From Candidatus Shapirobacteria bacterium CG03_land_8_20_14_0_80_40_19 (GTDB lineage: Bacteria > Patescibacteriota > Microgenomatia > UM-FILTER-40-11): a stretch of DNA of 55,105 nt. The position numbers were made by a program, and so were the translations under genes. Positions 52,508 to 55,105 of the stretch are shown here, one piece after another; the stretch's first letter is position 1, and every line of letters begins with the position of its first letter. The notes beneath the pieces were generated by a model, which did not search any database, was not told the origin of the DNA, and saw only the letters and a program-made list of their open reading frames with translations. The stretch is taken from the NCBI GenBank assembly GCA_002780305.1, contig PEVD01000009.1, positions 1-55,105 on the forward strand, in the 5' to 3' direction.

Positions 52508-52798
52508 ATGGGATTGCCTAAATTTTTTCAATCATGTTTTCCTTCTTATGACCTGACTAGATTGAATATAAAAAAAGATAAGAATCTGATTGTGACGCAA
52601 ATTCTCAACTTCGGAACAGAAAAAGAAATTGAATGGCTGGGCAAAAATTACTCCCAAGAAGAAATTGAAGAAGTTGTCCGATTCCCAATTTCCGGAATGT
52701 GGATGAAATCAGTTCTTTTATATTGGTTGAATATTTTTGGTATTAAAATTAGCCAGAACAATTTAGGCAAAGCAATTATTAATTTAAACTCTATTTAA
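52508..52798 (+). CDS. Small partner protein of the AbiEii-like NTase (DUF6922-like by recollection)
   Basis: LPKFFQSCFPSYDLTRLNIKKDKNLIVTQILNFGTEKEIEWLGKNYSQEEIEEVV. Extended -10 TGGTAAAAT lies 8 nt before the ATG. Confidence 0.4.
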   Translation: MGLPKFFQSCFPSYDLTRLNIKKDKNLIVTQILNFGTEKEIEWLGKNYSQEEIEEVVRFPISGMWMKSVLLYWLNIFGIKISQNNLGKAIINLNSI

Positions 52799-52808
52799 AT
52801 TTTCCAAG

Positions 52809-53465
52809 ATGATTAAGCTCCATACTCAAATTCTTAATGAAAATCAAAAAAAAGTTCTCCCTAAATTGACTTTTTTAAAAGATAATAATATTTATCTTGC
52901 CGGAGGCACCGCCTTAGCGCTTCATTTGGGTCATCGAAGTTCTCTTGATTTTGATTTTTATACGAAATCTCACTTTGATTCGGTTATGCTTTATAAAAAA
53001 ATTGAAGATATTTTCGGGAATGATGCAATCTTGTCATTAAAAGAAGAAGATACAATGTTTTGTAAAGTTTTTGGCGTTGACCTTTCTTTTTTTTGGTATA
53101 AATATCCGCTTATTGATAAACTGGTGAAATTCGAGAGCATTTTGCTTGCCAGTTTTGCAGACATTGCTGCCATGAAGTTAATTGCTGTTTATCAAAGGCC
53201 GGCAAAAAGAGACTATATTGACATTTATTTTCTCTTAAAAATTTTTACCCTTAAAGAAATGTTTTCCTTTGTAAAGAAAAAATATCCTAATTTTAACCAA
53301 TATTTTGCCCTAAGAGCATTGACTTATTTTGAGGATTTGAAAGATGAGGAAGGAAGAAAAATAGAAATTATTGATAAAGAATTTTCTTGGGAAAAAGCAA
53401 AAGATGATATTTTTGAAAAAGTCAGAGAATATCAGCTGGATATGATTAAAAAAAGATATACTTAA
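52809..53465 (+). CDS. AbiEii/AbiGii-family nucleotidyltransferase (type IV TA toxin-like)
   Basis: LAGGTALALHLGHRSSLDFDFYT and ..DIAAMKL..YQRPAKRDYIDIYFLL. Confidence 0.75.
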   Translation: MIKLHTQILNENQKKVLPKLTFLKDNNIYLAGGTALALHLGHRSSLDFDFYTKSHFDSVMLYKKIEDIFGNDAILSLKEEDTMFCKVFGVDLSFFWYKYPLIDKLVKFESILLASFADIAAMKLIAVYQRPAKRDYIDIYFLLKIFTLKEMFSFVKKKYPNFNQYFALRALTYFEDLKDEEGRKIEIIDKEFSWEKAKDDIFEKVREYQLDMIKKRYT

Positions 53466-53469
53466 ACTA

Positions 53470-54117
53470 ATGATTAACGAGCAAATACCAGAAGTTCCGA
53501 TTCAGTCTCAAGAGACAATTCAGCCTGTTTCAGAAACCCCAGTTTTACCTAAGAAAAAATTCAATTTTAAAATAATTGCTATCCTATTGATTGTTATCTT
53601 GTTAATTACTGGGGGAGTTTATGCGGGGATGCAGATTGGGAAAAGACAGATGGCAGGCGGACTACAGCCAAAAGCGACTCCAACATTGATTCCTCAACCA
53701 ACTCAAATACCCACTTTAATTCCCACTCCCGATGAAACGGCCAACTGGAAGATTTATACAAACAGTCTGTTGAGTTATTCGGTTAAATATCCACAAAATT
53801 GGTTACTTTTGGACTTAACGGAAGGAAAACAGATTGAAATCTATTACCAACCCGATAAAACAAAGTCTGTTGGGGAAATTTTGATTGAAGAGATAGATGA
53901 TTCAAGTTATAACCGTGAATTAGGTTCAAAGCAAGCAACGAAGGGTATATTGATTGGGGATTCTAATGCAAAATGCAAAACTGACGATGTTGAAAAAACA
54001 TGGTGCTATTTAACTTTCAATAGTAAATATTTATCTATACTAATCGTTAAAGAAAAAGATCAGGAGTACAACAAAATTATTGACCAAATTCTTTCCTCGT
54101 TCAAATTCTTGGACTGA
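53470..54117 (+). CDS. Membrane-anchored exported protein, paralog of 54797..
   Basis: ..LPKKKFNFKIIAILLIVILLITGGVYAGMQIGKRQ, then a P/T linker, then ..ANWKIYTNSLLSYSVKYPQNW. Confidence 0.5.
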   Translation: MINEQIPEVPIQSQETIQPVSETPVLPKKKFNFKIIAILLIVILLITGGVYAGMQIGKRQMAGGLQPKATPTLIPQPTQIPTLIPTPDETANWKIYTNSLLSYSVKYPQNWLLLDLTEGKQIEIYYQPDKTKSVGEILIEEIDDSSYNRELGSKQATKGILIGDSNAKCKTDDVEKTWCYLTFNSKYLSILIVKEKDQEYNKIIDQILSSFKFLD

Positions 54118-54120
54118 TTT

Positions 54121-54149
54121 TTGTGTCTTGCTTCTGTTTTTGTTACAAT
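54121..54149 (+). promoter_or_regulatory. Promoter TTGTGT-N17-TACAAT, with the -10 box 7 nt before ATG 54157
   Basis: ttgtgt at 54121-54126 and tacaat at 54144-54149, followed by tgagaca then ATG. Confidence 0.55.
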
Positions 54150-54156
54150 TGAGACA

Positions 54157-54465
54157 ATGAAACTTGAATATATTTCTCAGACAAAATTGCAGAAACTTAT
54201 TAAAGAAGTTTTTGAAAAGTATTTACCTAATGAAAATTATCGGCTTTTTTTCTTTGGGTCGCGAGTATCTGGAGTGAATTCCCCACGATCAGATATTGAC
54301 TTGGGAATTGAAAGTTCACATAGTCTTTCTTCTAAAACAAAAATTGAAATTGAAGAAGAATTGCAAAACCTGCCCATACTTTATAAAATTGATTTGGTGG
54401 ACTTTGGGAGAGTTTCCGAAGATTTTAAAAAAACGGCTTTAAAATATTCAGAATTTATCAATTGA
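54157..54465 (+). CDS. Minimal nucleotidyltransferase (MNT, antitoxin of HEPN/MNT modules)
   Basis: FFFGSRVSGVNSPRSDIDLGIE (GSx10-ish DxD). Confidence 0.8.
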   Translation: MKLEYISQTKLQKLIKEVFEKYLPNENYRLFFFGSRVSGVNSPRSDIDLGIESSHSLSSKTKIEIEEELQNLPILYKIDLVDFGRVSEDFKKTALKYSEFIN

Positions 54466-54466
54466 A

Positions 54467-54792
54467 ATGGAAGAAATTTTAAAAGATTTTGGTAAGGCCA
54501 TTTCCGCTTTAAAAGAAGTTTTAGCGGTTGAAAAAACTAAAATTACCCGCGATTCTGCTTTGCTTCGTTTTCAACTTTGTTTTGAGTTAGCTTGGAAGGC
54601 AATTAAAACTCATGCCAGAGAAGAAGGTGTCGAATAAAACTAGTGGATTATGACGAGAATTGGCTAAACATGTTGGCAGATAGAAATTTAGTAGTTCATC
54701 TTTATGAAGAAGAAATGGCGGATGAGATTTACGACAGTTTGCCTGATTATTTGACGCTTTTTGAAAAATTATATTCAAAACTAAAGAAATAA
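54467..54792 (+). pseudogene. HEPN (HI0074-like nucleotidyltransferase substrate-binding) toxin gene, internally deleted and frameshifted
   Basis: Frame 1 reads MEEILKDFGKAISALKEVLAVEKTKITRDSALLRFQLCFELAWKAIKTHAREEGVE, with stop at 54635-54637. Frame +2, from 54643, reads VDYDENWLNMLADRNLVVHLYEEEMADEIY...KLKK* and carries the Rx4H motif. About 14-20 aa expected between the two halves are absent. Confidence 0.6.
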
Positions 54793-54796
54793 TAAT

Positions 54797-55105
54797 ATGG
54801 AAGAGCAAATACCAGCCACTCCAATTCAGTCTCGAGAGTCAGTTCAACCTGTTTTAGAGAACCCCCTTTTACCAAAGAAGAAATTTAATTTAAAGATAAT
54901 CGTTATATCGTTAATCGCTATCTCGCTTTTAGGAACGGGACTGGTTTATGCTGGGATGCAGATTGGGAAAAGGCAAACAGCCGGTAATACAGAAACAACC
55001 AAGATTTTCCCTACTCTTGTTCCCGAACCAACCGAAACAATTAATGAAACTGCTGACTGGAATACTTACGGAAATGGAAAATACGGGTTTGAGTTTAAAT
55101 ACCCC
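54797..55105 (+). CDS. Membrane-anchored exported protein, partial (runs off window), paralog of 53470..54117
   Basis: My own translation: MEEQIPATPIQSRESVQPVLENPLLPKKKFNLKIIVISLIAISLLGTGLVYAGMQIGKRQTAG...ADWNTYGNGKYGFEFKYP. Not in the ORF track because it has no stop. Confidence 0.5.
   Translation, partial: MEEQIPATPIQSRESVQPVLENPLLPKKKFNLKIIVISLIAISLLGTGLVYAGMQIGKRQTAGNTETTKIFPTLVPEPTETINETADWNTYGNGKYGFEFKYP

Overview
This is a 55.1-kb, AT-rich, very gene-dense bacterial window with about 60 genes, many of which have overlapping start and stop codons. The gene style suggests a Candidate Phyla Radiation / Patescibacteria-type genome: minimal IF-2 and HrcA, PilN/PilO-like genes, GT-C glycosyltransferases, many toxin-antitoxin modules and few Shine-Dalgarno sites. 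That placement is inference only. Core blocks: an envelope/pilus-like operon (1-7154, minus strand), rpsT, murJ, a clan GH-A hydrolase, CIRCE-hrcA-grpE-dnaK-dnaJ, carAB, dedA, nusA-infB-(dead DHH-like)-rpsO-pnp, a protease-less Lon-like AAA+, udg, rnj, tspO, obg, murF-like/ddl, proS, ftsK and a rodZ-like gene. Accessory block 1 (32.1-40.5 kb): methyltransferase plus putative endonuclease, MBL hydrolase, SAM-MTase, Cas4-like PD-(D/E)XK nuclease, Fic, Nudix and HTH-Doc. Accessory block 2 (47.5-55.1 kb): decayed MazG, HigBA-like pair, AbiEii-like NTase pair and an MNT with a decayed HEPN partner. I saw no rRNA, tRNA or CRISPR. Three signals stand out. (i) Several short-repeat families occur both between genes and read-through inside genes, including carB and proS: 7-nt arrays, a 47-nt GGTGAGAAGTG element and 34-nt perfect palindromes with compensatory changes. 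(ii) About 17 genes have a -10 box, often TGn-extended, only 4-12 nt from the start codon, which is a leaderless-type architecture. (iii) An AAA ATPase cassette is flanked by 66-bp copies of the dedA 3' end. All family names come from motif recognition by eye. No database search or computation was run.
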